The notes under the pieces were generated by a model that had not been told where the DNA came from, did no database searches, and saw nothing but the letters and a program-made list of their open reading frames with translations. Shown here piece by piece: positions 11,951 through 25,819 of a DNA stretch of 64,000 nucleotides. The number at the start of each line of letters is the position of its first letter. Positions within the stretch are counted from its first letter, which is position 1. Position numbers and translations under genes: made by a program. This DNA comes from Isurus oxyrinchus (Eukaryota), in NCBI GenBank assembly GCA_026770705.1, contig JANJGN010000030.1, forward strand, positions 13,206,001 to 13,270,000, given 5' to 3'.

Positions 11951-14900
11951 AAGCATCAAAAATCCCTTGCATTTAAACGTGTATATACGTCTATTTGTTC
12001 AACCTCTCAACCACAGAGATGGTCTTCTCTATGTATCCTAAGCCCCCCTTCATAATTTTAGATGCCTGTCAAATTACTGCGTAATTCCTCTGTTCCAACA
12101 TACTCATAATAGGAATCTGCGTTTATGTGGCATCTGTTGCAATGATTTACTGTTTGAGGCAATAATTAAGGCTTTTGGAGAATCTAATTATTGTACATGG
12201 ATAGTCAACCAGTGGTTATAACCCGTATTGATTTATTTAAAAAAAAATGTAAAATGTAACAGTGTCCCGTTGTTGAGGGAAAAATCTAAAAACCGACTTG
12301 GATATCTGGTGCTCTTTTGTGTGCTGCTCTCTTTTTGTGTGATCAAATGTAAATATAGTATTAGGGAAGCATTTCTTTCAGTAACACTTGAGCCTTGGTT
12401 GCAATGGACTGCTTGTACTTATGGTTGAGATTTGGGTATTCTTGGTAAATCACAACCCAAAAGGAGCTTGTAGATCGCTGTTCCTAACCTTGCATCTCAT
12501 TACGTAAGGAAGATTGTCAGTCGTCAAATTCCAGTTAGATTTGTAGCATTTGCTGAGGGATGGCATCGTCAAGCCCATTTGAAGCCTTTCCTCGTATCAT
12601 TGGTTAATTTTGAGGCAAACAAATTCTTGACTATGACCACTTGTCTCATTCCTCCTGTTATGTACGCTGAAACAGGAAACCTGGATTGAAGTGGGTATTT
12701 TAAGAGCCTAACAACTGGTATGCCTATTGTACTCTGCAGCTGCTCAGTGTACCTGTGAAATGGTTGCAGTTGAAATTTAGGCTGCTGGGTCTAAGGTATC
12801 ACCTCAAACTGACTGAAGGAGAATTATAAAGGTACATGTAATGGATTCAGGTCCTTCAGTGGTGTGGTTTATTAGCTTTGGACATTAAAGCAAAACGTGT
12901 GTATGAATAAAATTATATATCACACATGCATGAACATTTGTAACTATCTTTGCATTCATGTTGTTCTAGAGTGTTGATCAATGCAGCTAGGAATAAAAAT
13001 AAAAGTTAGCAACAGATTTTGCAGTAATTATAATGGCAGCTTTGTTTTAATGCATATGACTATCTGGTAATTACATGGGTTCTATATATGTTGTCCAGAG
13101 GGTTAGGGCGTCTGTCTTCCGTCGTGCAGCCAAACTGGTCAGCGCCCCAACAGTTATGTCAGAAAGCACATTTTCAATATCAACACATGGTGCGGCAAGT
13201 TAATGTGACTAAGTTCACTAGAAACGCCTGCTGCAGGGAGTGACAGTTTTTTCGTGTACAAGAATATTCATCGAGTAATTTTGACAGCTATGGAGTAAGT
13301 AACCTTGAGGCATCCAAGTGAAAATAGGGTGACTGCTTTCTAAAAGAGCCATGAATGTTTGTTTGTGATTGGGCACATCTTCAAATGTTAGTGACTCTAA
13401 CTAATAGTGTTCTATAGGAAAATTTGTGGGGTATGGGTGGTTATGGAAATGGAATATGAAAATGATTCTATACCCTAGATGTTTTCACGTCTCTTTCTCG
13501 TTCTTCCTTTGCCACCCATGCTCTTGAATGTACAAGTATAATTCGTATTTATTGTGGATGGGAGGAGAAGAGACAGCGAGGGAGGCTGTATGTTTATTTG
13601 AGGTAATTGTGTTTTTGAATTGCATCCGTGGGCCACTCAATTAATGTCATAAGGGAACTGTGAAGAACAGGTATAGTATTAGCTGCTGTTTCGACAAATA
13701 TGGTCTGACCTCATGGCATGTTTAAAGGCTAAACGTTGTTTTTCGTGGGGAAATTTTAAGGTGATGAGAGAGCTGTTGCATCCAGAATGATATTCTATAT
13801 GCAGCATGCTATCCCTGTGCAAAGATATGTAGCTTCTTCTAATCGTGTTAATTGATTAGCGAAGCTTTTTCTACTGCAGTGGACAGAGGTGTGTTCGAGT
13901 AAACCAGGTTGGGAAAGGGTTTTTTTATTCTTGTGATCGTTTATATTTTAAAAGCAGCCAATTTATGTAACTGGCTCAAGCTATCAGATTCTGATGATTG
14001 TCTTCAGATTTCCAGCAATATGTCTCTTTTTTTTCACACCCTCCTTTCATTACCATATAATCACCTCCTTTGCCCCTCAGTCTGTTGCCAGGCGAACTTC
14101 GCAGGGCTTACTGCTGATTGCTCAGCTCTGAGCAGTTCCTTTATTGGCTGTTGCTGGCTTGATTATGCAGACCTATCAGACAGCAGGTATTCATCCCTCC
14201 CCCCACCCAGTGCTGTGACTTCAAAGAAGGTGAGGTCTTTTTGCTGCTGTTGCTGAGACTGAGTTACAAAATGGCTGCAGGGGGCTCCCTCATGGGTATG
14301 TCCAGTATTTTTACATTTGTCTTTCCACAATGAAGAAATTTCTTAAAGCTTATTTTCTGGCGCATATATTTTGCAAATTACATTTATCCAAAAATTATGT
14401 ACACAATCAGGGAAATTTAACTTTGACATAAAAGCGTTTTCCATACTTCAAGATTAGAGCTCTGGCGTGGATGCATCGAACCAGTTAAATAATTAACAAA
14501 TACAGCAGTTCTGTTATTTCAAACAATGAAGAATTGGGGCAGTGATTATTTCTCCATTGATCCCCATTTTAAAGTAATTTTATCACGTGCAGCAAACAAG
14601 GATTGAAAAATTGGAAGAGTATGCATGATGCATCATGGGATGGATGAAACCGATTTAATTGGGATCAAATTTTGGCAGCATTTTTCACTAATGTTAAAAT
14701 AGTTGGGGGGTGGAAATGGGGAGCAAAGGCTCAACATGGTTAGCTGGGAAAACTTGGCGGATGATTAGTAGCATGATTACCTGTAACCAATGTCCGCTGT
14801 TTGTTTTGAGTTACCCCCATCTCTGTAAACTGGTATTTTTATGCTGATTTAACTTTAATTGAGTTTACTGATTCACACAAAGCTGTTAACTGTGAACTTG

Positions 14901-17900
14901 CTTTTGAAATGGCAGTGATTTAAGATGTTGCTTGCACTATCTTTTTTTCTTGTTTTGAGAATTTAATCAGCTTTTGAATGAAGAGCCCTCACTGGCGGAT
15001 CTTTCGTAATCTAACAGCAAGGCAGGAAAACAGTGTTTGGATTTGCTTTAAGTGAGAACTTAAATGTCAGCATGGAGACATGTGAATTTTTTCAATTAAA
15101 ATTTGATTGAATGCATTGCAGATTATGAAAATGCAGATTTCTTAAGCACTCGATTATTTGGCCTTTTTGTGACACGACATATTGCAGGAATTGTTGACTG
15201 CAGTAAAATAGATTACCGTAAATTGCCCAGAAGGAAGATTTTTATCTACCAATGATGGCAGGCCTTCCCATGTTTGTGTTGGAGGGCAGATGGATGATCA
15301 TTGCTTAGCATTTCCCTTTTATCTCCTTCAAATTACAAGGCCAAGATTACAGAATATTTTACAGATTATAGAATAAATTTCACTGTTCTTAACAGTAGCA
15401 GAATTCACTTATGACATTAAGATTAATGTTATGGAAATAATCCTTGCCGCATGACCTTTGTTCCAACCAAGGACAAAAAGGAGCTCATCTCCCTGATTGA
15501 TTGTCTAAATTACCAAGTGAATGTAAACACAATTTATACTCTCAAAACGACACCTCATGAGGAAGACTTGCACAAATGTTGGTGAATTGCAAAAGTTTTG
15601 AAACAATGATTAGTAATTGCTATATTATGGTGAGCTCAGCTTGAAAGATCTGTTGCATGTTCTGCAGCATTTCACTTCATGTTACCCAAAAGACCTGTTT
15701 ACCAAATAACAAAATGTGCAAAAACTTCTTTTGCCGTTTCACAATATATGGTTTTAACTACCAATGAGAGTTGATTGCTTATGCATTATTGCAGAGATTT
15801 AAAAAAAACCTAAAGGAGTTCCCCTTAAGAAGTAAATGGCATGTAACAAATTTAGAATGTAAGAGAACTTAGTTTCTTTTGATTAAGTAAACCGTGAGAG
15901 CACTACCTATAGGAAGCAAGTCGGGTTCCTTTTCAAAAATAAGCATGTTGTGTGTTTGAACTAGCCTCTGTCTAAGGATACAGTTTGTTCATCCTTTTCA
16001 ACAGTTCATATGCCCTGTATATGCATATTAAAAAAAAATGTTTTTAAAAATTCCAGCAACTGATGCACTCATGCTCAGATACACTTTTTTGGTGAAAACT
16101 GGCATGTAGCTGGTGAGCAAGATTGCCCTCTGGTGTCACTATGAGGGGCAGACAACCAGAGGAGATTATATGGCTACAGGGTTTGTTGCACATTTGTTAA
16201 GGGGAAATGACCTATTTAAAAATAAAACTTGGCCACTTCCCATTTTGCAGTTAAACCCTATCACAGATGAAATTTTTTCATACCTGAATATCAACTTGAG
16301 ATCCCATGTGTTACATGGGAAGGACAGGACCAGAAACGATTCTGCAGATCTTTTGGCCAGTTTTGCGCACTCTTGTGTTTATCTTGTGCAGCTGTTCAAA
16401 ATTCCCTTTCTTACATCACATTAGTCGCATATAGCAAGTTAACTAACCTATTGACTGTAAAATAATACTTCCAGCTCCAAAGGTTGGGATTGTGAATTGT
16501 TCATTTTGCTGCATATAAGTGGTGGTTATAGGGTAACCCCCCACTGGGGGTGGGGGGACGGACGGAAACCGGTTAGATGGCATTCCATCTATACACTTTT
16601 CTCAAGAGAAACTAGTGGGTGAGTTAACAGGCAGGATGAAGAAATTTTCAAGAGTACAAAGTACATTGTAGGGATAGAAGAAAAGATTTCATTCAGCACG
16701 ATATTGGGACAAATTAAGTGTCTAATGAGGCACTTTAGAGAACAGGAACTGACTACTGGATTTGAGCACTAGGATTATCAAACTGAAGTTAAGTGACAGG
16801 AAGAAATTGAGGGGAGAAAGAAAGACATTTGGTAAATCTAATAGTATGATTCTAAAGTCAGGTGAAGCTTAAGATGGGGAGTCACTATCTGTCATAACTG
16901 TAACAAACCTCTTTGAGAATCACTAATTAAAATTTGCTTTCTTGGTAAATGTTGCATTTTTTTCATAAAATTAACTTTATCTGCCACAAAATAGATGCTT
17001 GACTGTCAATTTTGGGAATTAGTCTCAATGCTTTATTTAGCAATTGAGTGCAATGTAAAAATAGCCAAAGGAATTGTTTTGGAAGTCAATTTAAAAAACA
17101 TAGATTCTTCCAAATGATTTTGCTGTGTGTGAATCTTGCTCCTTTTGTTGTTTTCAGTTTGTACCATCATAAGTGCTGCATTCTCCTGGCACACGAGTCT
17201 TGTGCAGCTATTGACAAGTGTAAAATAAACTTGCCAGAGCAATCCAGTAAAAGGGCTGTGCGTCATTAGTGTGGTATAAAAGGAACTCCTGATACAGACT
17301 ATCTTTTACCTCAGTTTTATTTGCTACTGCTCCATGTATTAACTGAAGAACTTTGCGTTATTAAATTACATACCTAATGGAGTAAAATATTTTATCAGCC
17401 AGAGCCAATATCTGTTGTCACAAGTGTATTCAGAATGCTTATGATGTTTGCCAAATTAAATGAAAATGGCCACATGTCTGTTGTATCTTGAAACCTAGTG
17501 GTTAACGAGGCAGAAAGTGCTACCCAAGTAAACACTGGGGAAAACAGGCCATATGAAGCGAAGCTCAGGCCATTCCTTTTTATTTCTGTAGGCCCCACCT
17601 TTTTCCGGTGGCCAGTGCCCTCAGGTCGTCTCCAGTGGCTGGCTGTCTGACTCTCTCAATTCTTGAAAAATGCGCACAATGGATTGTGAAAAACAACAGT
17701 GTGACAAGGAATCAATTCTATATTCTTCTTATCATGCAACATCGGTATCAGCAGAGGTTGGGTAAACAGGATGTTTCAAATTTGGCTTTGTAATTTTAGG
17801 GAGGGAAAGAAGCTTTAATGCGGCCAAACCTTTATCTTTGCTGCTGTTGTATCTAACATACAGAATCAAATTCTTTCTTTGCCAGAAAATTCTAGAAGCA

Positions 17901-18879
17901 TTTACTGAAGTACCAACTGTCTACAATTCACAGCCTCGTTGCTGCTCCCTGTTGGTGTGCATAAGAATATCCGCTAACTTGCAGTTAGATTCTTTGAGTG
18001 GCTATTTCACACTCAATCTACTTCCATTCCTGTCGGATATTCTGATCATAACCTAGGGTTGTGATTCCTGGTATGTTTTAATTAAAAAGAAACCAGAATT
18101 TTGATTACACTTCATTGCGCCATGTTTTCTTGAGGTTCTTCAGTGCAAAACATGAATTGTGAATGGCACTATAATTCGTAGTCATTTTAGTGTTAGGCGT
18201 TAGAGTGGAATGTGGAATAGTGTGCTTTGTTTTTCCATTGCTTACATCATCATGTAGTTTTAGGTTGGCAATTTATAGGTGAAATAAAAATGAGTGTAAA
18301 AGTGCTTTAAAGTATTGACTGGCGCTGAGTGCTGGCACATTATGCAATGAGTTTATTGTTTCACCTGCCCTTGAGACAGTATATTTTCACATATGCTGTG
18401 TTGTAATTTTCTTTCTTTTCTCTTTTACGTCCTGCATGCGATGACTTTTAGAAATCTTACTAAAAATGTCACTACTCACTAAATATTCTATCAACCATTT
18501 CTGTAAAACATCCATTGTTAAGTTCAGCTTTTACAGTTTTTAAGCTACTTTGAATGATTATAGTGCATCATTCTTTTTGAAATTCTGCAACAAAATGCAG
18601 TTAAGTTGAAGAGTAACATTGCTGGAAGCAATCCTTTTGAATCCAGTCTTGACATGCACTAGTCACAGAAACCCTTCCTCCTTGCCCCTGCTGTAAGGGT
18701 GAATGCTTTTCTTCTTACACTTAATACAGTTATTAATCTGTTTCAGTTACATGTGCTCCTGTGCAGTTGGATGATATTTCCTTCAGATATGTTTTCTGTT
18801 CTGTGCTATGTTAGGATCTTGCTCTTTTTTAATTTGAAGGGTGTTGGGTAAACAATCATTTCTGAAGGAGGTGATCCTG

Positions 18880-19925
18880 TCTGACCAATAACCTCTCTCT
18901 CTCTTTGAGGAAGCAGTGTCATAAGTGAGCTATGGAAAGTGTATGACAGTGTACCTAGACTATCAAAAGGGGTTTGACCAAGTTCTAAATGAAATGCTAT
19001 TAAATGCCAGGTAAGCCATGCGACTGAGTAAGAAACTGGCTGACGGATGTTGGAGGAATTACATCCGGGTGGGATGGTATAGATCCAAGTCGGGGACTGC
19101 ACATCTCCGTGTTGGAATCACTGCTGTTCCTAACTTACATAAATGATCTAGATTCCAATAACTCAATGCAAAATCTTCAGATTTGCAGTCAGTATCATTC
19201 TAGGAGGGTCAGTTATAAATTTTGAGCTGCCTCCAGATGCAGTGTGTGAAATGTGTGTGCACAAGACATTTGCATGTGAAATATAATGCATAAAAGTGCA
19301 GAGCCAAGTAAGGAGGAAAATAAGCAATACACTTTTTCAAGTTGCAGTTAAAATAACCTGGATGAAACTAAAGAGACCAGGGTGTCTTTGAAGGCTCAAC
19401 ACTAGACATGTCTAACTGGTGCAGAACCGCAAGCATTAAAGCTGAAACAACCGAATACAAGGTGGTGGAAGTTATGGTCAAACTGTATAGTGGCCTAATG
19501 AGACCACAACTGCTTGCAGTAATAGCTATCAAGACATGGAGGAGGTATTAATGTAATGGAGGGAGTGCAGATAAGAGCCATGATGCCAATCCCTGGTGTT
19601 TTACCTGGAAAGGAGTCCTCTGAGAAGTGATAAGGTGTGCAAGATAGGTAAGAGAATGGAAAAGGTAATCTGGAATACCAGTTCATATTAAAATGTGATT
19701 GTAGAAAAAGAGAATATGTATTTGAGTTAGTTGAAGTTATATTTATGACCAATATTAGGAAGTACTTAATCTCGCATCAATATCTATTCAATGTGTGGAA
19801 TAGACTTCCAGAAAAGTGTAGTAGAACCAAAAATCCAGGAACCATTTAGATTTTGCAATGGGAGAAGTTCTGGATCATTCTGGTTGGGTGGATTTAAATG
19901 GTTTGAATGACCTTCTGCATCCAAA
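18880..19925 (+). mobile_element. Old CR1 LINE 3' half
   Basis: LFLTYINDLD...KIFRFA RT remnants and a CR1-like tail (gtttgaatgaccttctg). Confidence 0.65.
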
Positions 19926-20764
19926 CTGTGATTATGCTAAAGTTCCTATGTGCAGTACTGGCTCTAATAGTTGAATATGGGGACAGTTAACCAAATCATT
20001 TTCAAGACTTTTTTCCCCCAATTGTTGATCTTTCATACTCCATAAATTGCCTCACTGGAATTCCTTATCTTCCTGGATCCATTGAATTGCTTCCAACTCT
20101 TGACAAGATGTTAAAAGGGTGCAATACACTAAAAAGATAAAACCTTGTGGAAAAAGCCAGTTTCCAGTCTTAAGTGTCGATCACTCACTGCAGCTGTGAG
20201 AATTTGTTTCCATGAGTTTCTCTACTGCTGTTAAATTTCTATAGAGAAACCTTCTGCACCATGGCTAGTTCTTTTTCTCCTTGAATACCGAGCTCAGATA
20301 ATCGAGCCAACACTTTGCAGATTAATGGATGAATTGAGTTGTCAAATGAAAGGTGATATCTTGCAGATTGGTTCTACCAAGTTACTGAATTTTATGCCTT
20401 GGTGTAATGAGTGAAATATTAAATATGCATTTGTTCAAATTCCATTTGAAAACTAATTGAACTCATCTAATGATGCATCCAGATCATGCAGCTCCCCATA
20501 TGGTTCTAAGCTTGGGTGGCAATTTGGGCACCAGCGTCAGCATCCTTGAATTAGCATGGAAGAATTAAGTAGGGGTAAAAAAACGGATAAAGCTGGAAAT
20601 ACTCAACAGATCAGGCATCCTCTGTGGAAGGTAACAAATTTAAATATTTAAAATTCCTTGTTGCTTGCCTTAGGCAGCAGAAATCTAAGGTGACTGATTC
20701 AGTTTAACAGGAAAAGTGGAAATGGAAAAAAATGGTATCAGTAAAAGTAATAATAAAGCTGTCG

Positions 20765-21300
20765 TATTAGGGAAGGCAACCGTACCCAGTCTGGCCTATG
20801 TATGACTCACTGCTGCCACAGTGTGGCTGACTCTCAACTGCCTCCTGAAGTAGCCTAGCAAACCCCTCAACAACTCCTTACATTTATATGGTGTCTTTAA
20901 TGTGTCAAGGAGCCGCAGAGAAGCGTTATCAGATGAAATTTGGCAAAACCATAAAGAGATTTTAGGAGAGACAACTAAAAACTTTGCCAGATATGGTTTG
21001 AGGAGCACTTTACAGGAGCGAGAGAGAGAGAGGCAGAGGGGTTTAGGGAGGGAAATTCAGAACTAAGGGCTTAGACAGCTGAAGGCATTGACTGCAAGTG
21101 TTGGACAATGGAAATTCAAGATGGACAATTGTCAGAATTAGAAGAATGCAGAGGTCTTGGAGGATTATAGGGTTGGAGAATGCACTCAGTTGTAGCTGCT
21201 AACAGAGGTTCAAGATGCTGACCCATCACCACCACCACCTTGGCAACTAGGGATTGACATTAACCGATGGCTTTGACACTCGCTTTCTGAGAATAAATTT
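20765..21300 (+). mobile_element. tRNA-type SINE body interrupted by a minus-strand L2 3' fragment (about 20870-21180)
   Basis: cagtctggcctatgtatgactc...actctcaactgcc is the reverse complement of 52525-52580. The tail resembles the FADD LINE tail. The insert matches the L2 tail. Confidence 0.55.
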
Positions 21301-21959
21301 TTAAGTCCAGGCCAAGATTTAAAGCTGAGAATATGACAAAAGTGCTACGTAGCATTCCCTGGTGCCTAGCATTTGGAACAGCAGGCAACTGTAAATTTCG
21401 TTTTTAAAACCATATAAAAATGCAAGCCTTTAATAAATGTGAATGAGCGTCACAAGTATTGTGACTGGCAAACACGTTGCCTGAAATTTTAATGAAGTGC
21501 ATTAGGTTGGGAAAGTCTCATCATAATGCTACTTGTAGGCATTGCAGACACCATTAACATTGAAAACTGCAGAAGGGGAACATTTGACTAATTTTTAAAA
21601 AAATGTATAGATGTTTTTTGCGTGGCACAATGTATATCATGATTTACTAAGTAATAAAGGCCTTGAAGCCTGATCAGAGTCTGCTGAACCATTGTAAATT
21701 TACAATATGTTTAACTACATTAAAATTTTCTGAACCAATCTTTCAGGGTCTAAGAAACATTACCAAATGATTACCCAAGGGCAGGTTAAATGGATATATG
21801 GCAGATTTATCAATAAAGTTGAATTTTGAGTTGCATTGGATTGCAGAGATTTTCAGCCTTTGATACTTCTACAGAGCCAAGGGAAAATTAAATTGGTAAA
21901 CTTTAGGACAGTAGAATTAATTCAAAAAAGTGTGGGGGGGAGTGGGGGAAGAGGACCTG

Positions 21960-22690
21960 GAGGCAGTAATCACCACTAGAAGAGCTACCCAATCTAGTCC
22001 AATCTGTGGCTCTGGAGCAGAGTGGCCACATTCTGAGAGAAATCCATGTGTGACATTGCAGGAAAACGGTTGTGATGGGTGAATATTTAGCTTGTTTATC
22101 TTAAACGTGTGTAATTTCTTCATAATTGTAAAGCTTTTAGTTGAGGTTTTCTAGCAGTAGCAAAGGTTATTGGGAGTAGCAGTGTTTATTAATTATAATT
22201 AATAAATTAGTTAACAAGTAATAAAGATGACAGGGCAGATGATGTGTTGCAACTGCAGAATGTGAGAGTTCCTGGACGCCGGGTTGATCACACCGGGAGA
22301 ATGAGCTAACACATCTGCAGTAAGTGACTGTAGCTTCAGCTTTGGCTCAGAGTCATTGAGTTGGAGGCCGAGCTGCAGACACTGCAATTCGTAAGGGAGG
22401 GAGAAAGTTACTCGAACACTTTGTACCACACCCCTTAGGATAGGGTCTTCTGATTTGGTCAGTGGTCAGGGACAGGAGAGAGTGACTGCACTGCAAGTGA
22501 GGCAGGTATGGGGACTCGGAAGGTAGAAGTGGAGAAGCCTTAGCCTTTGCAATTATCCACCAGGTTCAAGGTTCGTGCAGTCTGTATGGATGAAAGTGGT
22601 GGCTTCAGGATGGGTGGGCAAACCAAGGTACAGGAAGCCATTCAGGCAAGGGGAGTTAATAGGAATGTGGTGGTAATTGGGGCCATGCAG
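21960..22690 (+). mobile_element. CR1 LINE 5' region / ORF1 relic
   Basis: MTGQMMCCNCRM*EF...ICSK...LRVIELEAELQTL (zinc-finger/leucine-zipper ORF1), then VVVIG at the start of the esterase-like region. Confidence 0.65.
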
Positions 22691-22789
22691 TGAAATTGGA
22701 ATCTTTAAAGAGTCTCGGTGCTGGAGAATGAGTAGTCGATATTGGTAGAGTTTGTGGGATACACAAAATGTATGTGTTGGTGAGAAAGT

Positions 22790-23620
22790 GTGCAACGTGT
22801 TGAACCTTTAAGTGCTGGCAGAGTGAGTCAGACTAGAAATAGCATAATGGAAAATATAGAAAGACTTTTGGCAGTTGGATTGAAGACCAAAATGACTGCC
22901 AGGTGCTTCTTAGTTTGATGGTCTTGCAAGCAAGAGCCAAAATTCTGTGTGAGGATTTAGAGAATGAGCAGGATGAGAATTCCTGTGTCAGAAAATTTCA
23001 ATGCTAGTTGTGGATGGTTCACACGTTTCAAGAGGCGTTTCTATCTGCAGAACCTTAAAGTGACTGGCGAAGCGGATAGTGCCAATACATGAGTGGCTGA
23101 TGAATTCCTTGCCAACTTGAGCATCTTTGAAGAATATGGCTACTCATCAAAACAAGTTTTTAAAAGTTGATGAGACAGGGTTGTATTGGAAGTGTATGCC
23201 ACAGCAAACATCCATTTCCAAAGAAAACATGGCATCAGCATTTAAAGCTGCAAAAGATCATCTGAATGCTGTTCTTAGTGGCAAAAAAAATGAAGTGGTG
23301 TGGTTGACATGGTGAAATTGCTTGCATATCATGGAGAGGAATTGCCCAATGAAGAATTAATACAGATAGAGTCAACAAACTGAAGAGGAAGACTTTGCTG
23401 AAACACCATCCTCCCTCAAATTTTGTCAACAAAATGACTGTCGCAAACTTTCCAACTCATGGAAGAGGCAGTGGAAATCTTCATGGGGGGTGGGGGGGGT
23501 GACCCAAACTGAAAACGCAGTGCTAAAGTGAGCAGGATGATGACATTAACTTCTGTAAGATGATCTATTGGTAGAGGAAAAAGAAAACCATCCAACAGCC
23601 CTTGGATAAATTTTTCAAGG
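22790..23620 (+). mobile_element. Tigger/pogo transposase pseudogene fragment (internally deleted)
   Basis: MENIERLLAVWIEDQN...LQARAKIL, FNASCGWFTRFKRR (CENP-B HTH), NLKVTGEADSAN, VDETGLYWKCMP...AFKAAKD (first Asp of the DDD motif). A possible 3' end lies near 24520-24628, beyond the RTE insert. Confidence 0.85.
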
Positions 23621-23739
23621 TTGTTGACAATTTTAGCCTTTCATCCATTAACTCCAGGGCCTGGCTATTCAATCTATATCACTTTCAAATCCAAACCGCA
23701 GTCACTCCAACTTCAGTCGTTTTATAAGCAGAAGACACT

Positions 23740-24490
23740 TGTGTTTGCACTTAGTAAGAACATGCATGAGAAGAAAATGAGCCTTCTCATCAGCAACACC
23801 TAGAAAACAAAGGCCCTCTTACAATCAGTTCCCACAGCGCAACAACACCTGTTGATTAAGATCAATTTAGACCATTTTCCACACATTGCCAGCCACCCCT
23901 TGATGAAAGCAAACATTGGCAATGAAATTCTTCATCACTTACAATGTGCCAGTTCATTGTTCAGCCAACTGAGGGTAAGAGCATTTGAGGACCAGGATCT
24001 CCAGACCAAGGTCATGGTTCACCAGACAGCAGTGATGTCTGCACTCCCACCTATGTTTTTGAGATTTGGAAAGCCTGCAGCATTTACCTCAAAGCATCAC
24101 CGGCAGTGTCCTTGAAAGATCCTCCAAATCCTGTGGCAAGAAAGGCAGTGCAACAGCAAGGTTGCACCAAATCAACATGCCCAGCCTATAGGTGCTAATT
24201 GCTCAAAGCCATCTCCACTAAAAGACTTTTTAGGGATGATCTCAAAGCATCCCAAAGGAGGTCAAACATCTCCACCGACTCATGGCAACCAAACAAAATG
24301 GCAGAAAGTTCATTCAGGAAGGCAACGAATTCATTGGGAACACACAGAGACAAAGTCAAGTCAGCGGAGTCAGTACAAAAGCCTCCAAACAACACCTGCC
24401 TCACATGTGGCCGAGTCTGCAGATCACACATTGGACTTAACAGCCACCTCCAGAACCCATCAAACAAGGCAACCCTGAGCCCAAAGAACT
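23740..24490 (+). mobile_element. RTE LINE 3' fragment
   Basis: HFPHIAS...NEILHHLQCASSLFSQLRVRAFEDQDL.TKVMVHQTAV and terminal zinc finger CLTCGRVCRSHIGLNSH. Confidence 0.8.
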
Positions 24491-24729
24491 GCATAAGAAG
24501 AAAAACTAGTGAGTCTTAAAACTGCTTTACTACTGATTCCTGTGGGAACCTATAATTCACTTAAAAACACTTAATTTAGTCTGATTTTCTAGGAACACAT
24601 CTACAGTGTTTAAGTGAGGACTTATTATACCAAATAGTTTGATAATTCCTCTGAATAAATTGCTTTGCCATACAGCTCTGATGTCAATAAGTGTTTTTAA
24701 AATTAAATAGTTCCTAGTTATTCACATTC

Positions 24730-25819
24730 GCCTGAGTGTGGCATTAAGGAGCCCTAGCAAAACTGGAGTCAATGGGAATCGGGAAAACTCTCCACTGGCT
24801 GGAGTCATACCTAGCACAAAGGAAGATAGTTACGGTTGTTGGAGGTCAGTCATCTCAGCTCCAGGACATCACTGCAGGAGTTCCTCAGGATGGTGTCCTT
24901 GGCCCAACCACCTTCATCAATGGCCTTCCTTCCATCATAAGGCCAGAAGTGGGGATGTTCACTGATTGCACAATGTTCATCATTCGTGACTCCGATGCTG
25001 TAGTAGCCCATGTCCAAGTACAGCAAAACCTGGACAATATCCAGGCTGACAAGTGGCAAGTAACATCTGTGCCGCACAAGTGCCAGGCAATGACCATCTC
25101 TAAGAAGAGAGAATCTAACCATCGCCCCAAGACATTCAATGGCATTGCCATCACTGATTCCCCCGCTATCAATGTCGTGGGGGTTACCATTGACCAGAAA
25201 CTGAACTGGACCAGCCATTTAGATACTGTGGCTACAAGAGCAGGTCAGAGGCTAAGAATCCTGCAAAGAGTAACTTGCCTCCTGCCTCCACAAAGCCTGT
25301 GCACTATCTACAAGGCACAAGTCAGGAGTGTGATGGAATGCCCTCCTCTTGCCTCAAGAAGCTTGACATCACCCAGGACAAAGCAGCCCACTTGATCAAC
25401 ATGACATCCACAAACATTCACTCTCTCTATCACTGATGCACAGTAGCAGCAGTTTCTACCATTTACAAGATGCACTACAGGAATTCACCAAGGCTCCTTA
25501 GATAGTACCTTCCAAACCCCTGACCACTACCATCTAGAAGGACAAAGGCAGCAGACACAAGAACACCAACTGGAAGTTCCCCTCCAAGTCATTCACCATC
25601 CTGACTTAGAAATATATCACTTCTTTTACTGTCGCTGGGTCAAAATCCTGGAACTCCCTTCTTAACAGCAGCGTTCCTAACAGTACCTACACCACATGGA
25701 CTGCAGCAGTTCAAGAAGGCAGCTCACCACCAGCTTCTTGGGGGCATCTAGGGATGGACGATAAATGCTGGCCCAGCCAGCGAAGCCCACATCCCGTGAA
25801 TGAATTTTAAAAAAAAAAA
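24730..25819 (+). mobile_element. 5'-truncated FADD-family LINE with poly(A) tail
   Basis: ORF 24772-25395: WLESYLAQRK...ITAGVPQDGVLGPT...TIYKAQVRSVME; tail ends cccgtgaatgaattttaaaaaaaaaaa. Confidence 0.88.

Noticed and set aside
24772-25395. 207-aa reverse-transcriptase ORF as a functional gene
   Set aside because: 5'-truncated LINE copy with a damaged catalytic motif (MFTDC) and deletions.
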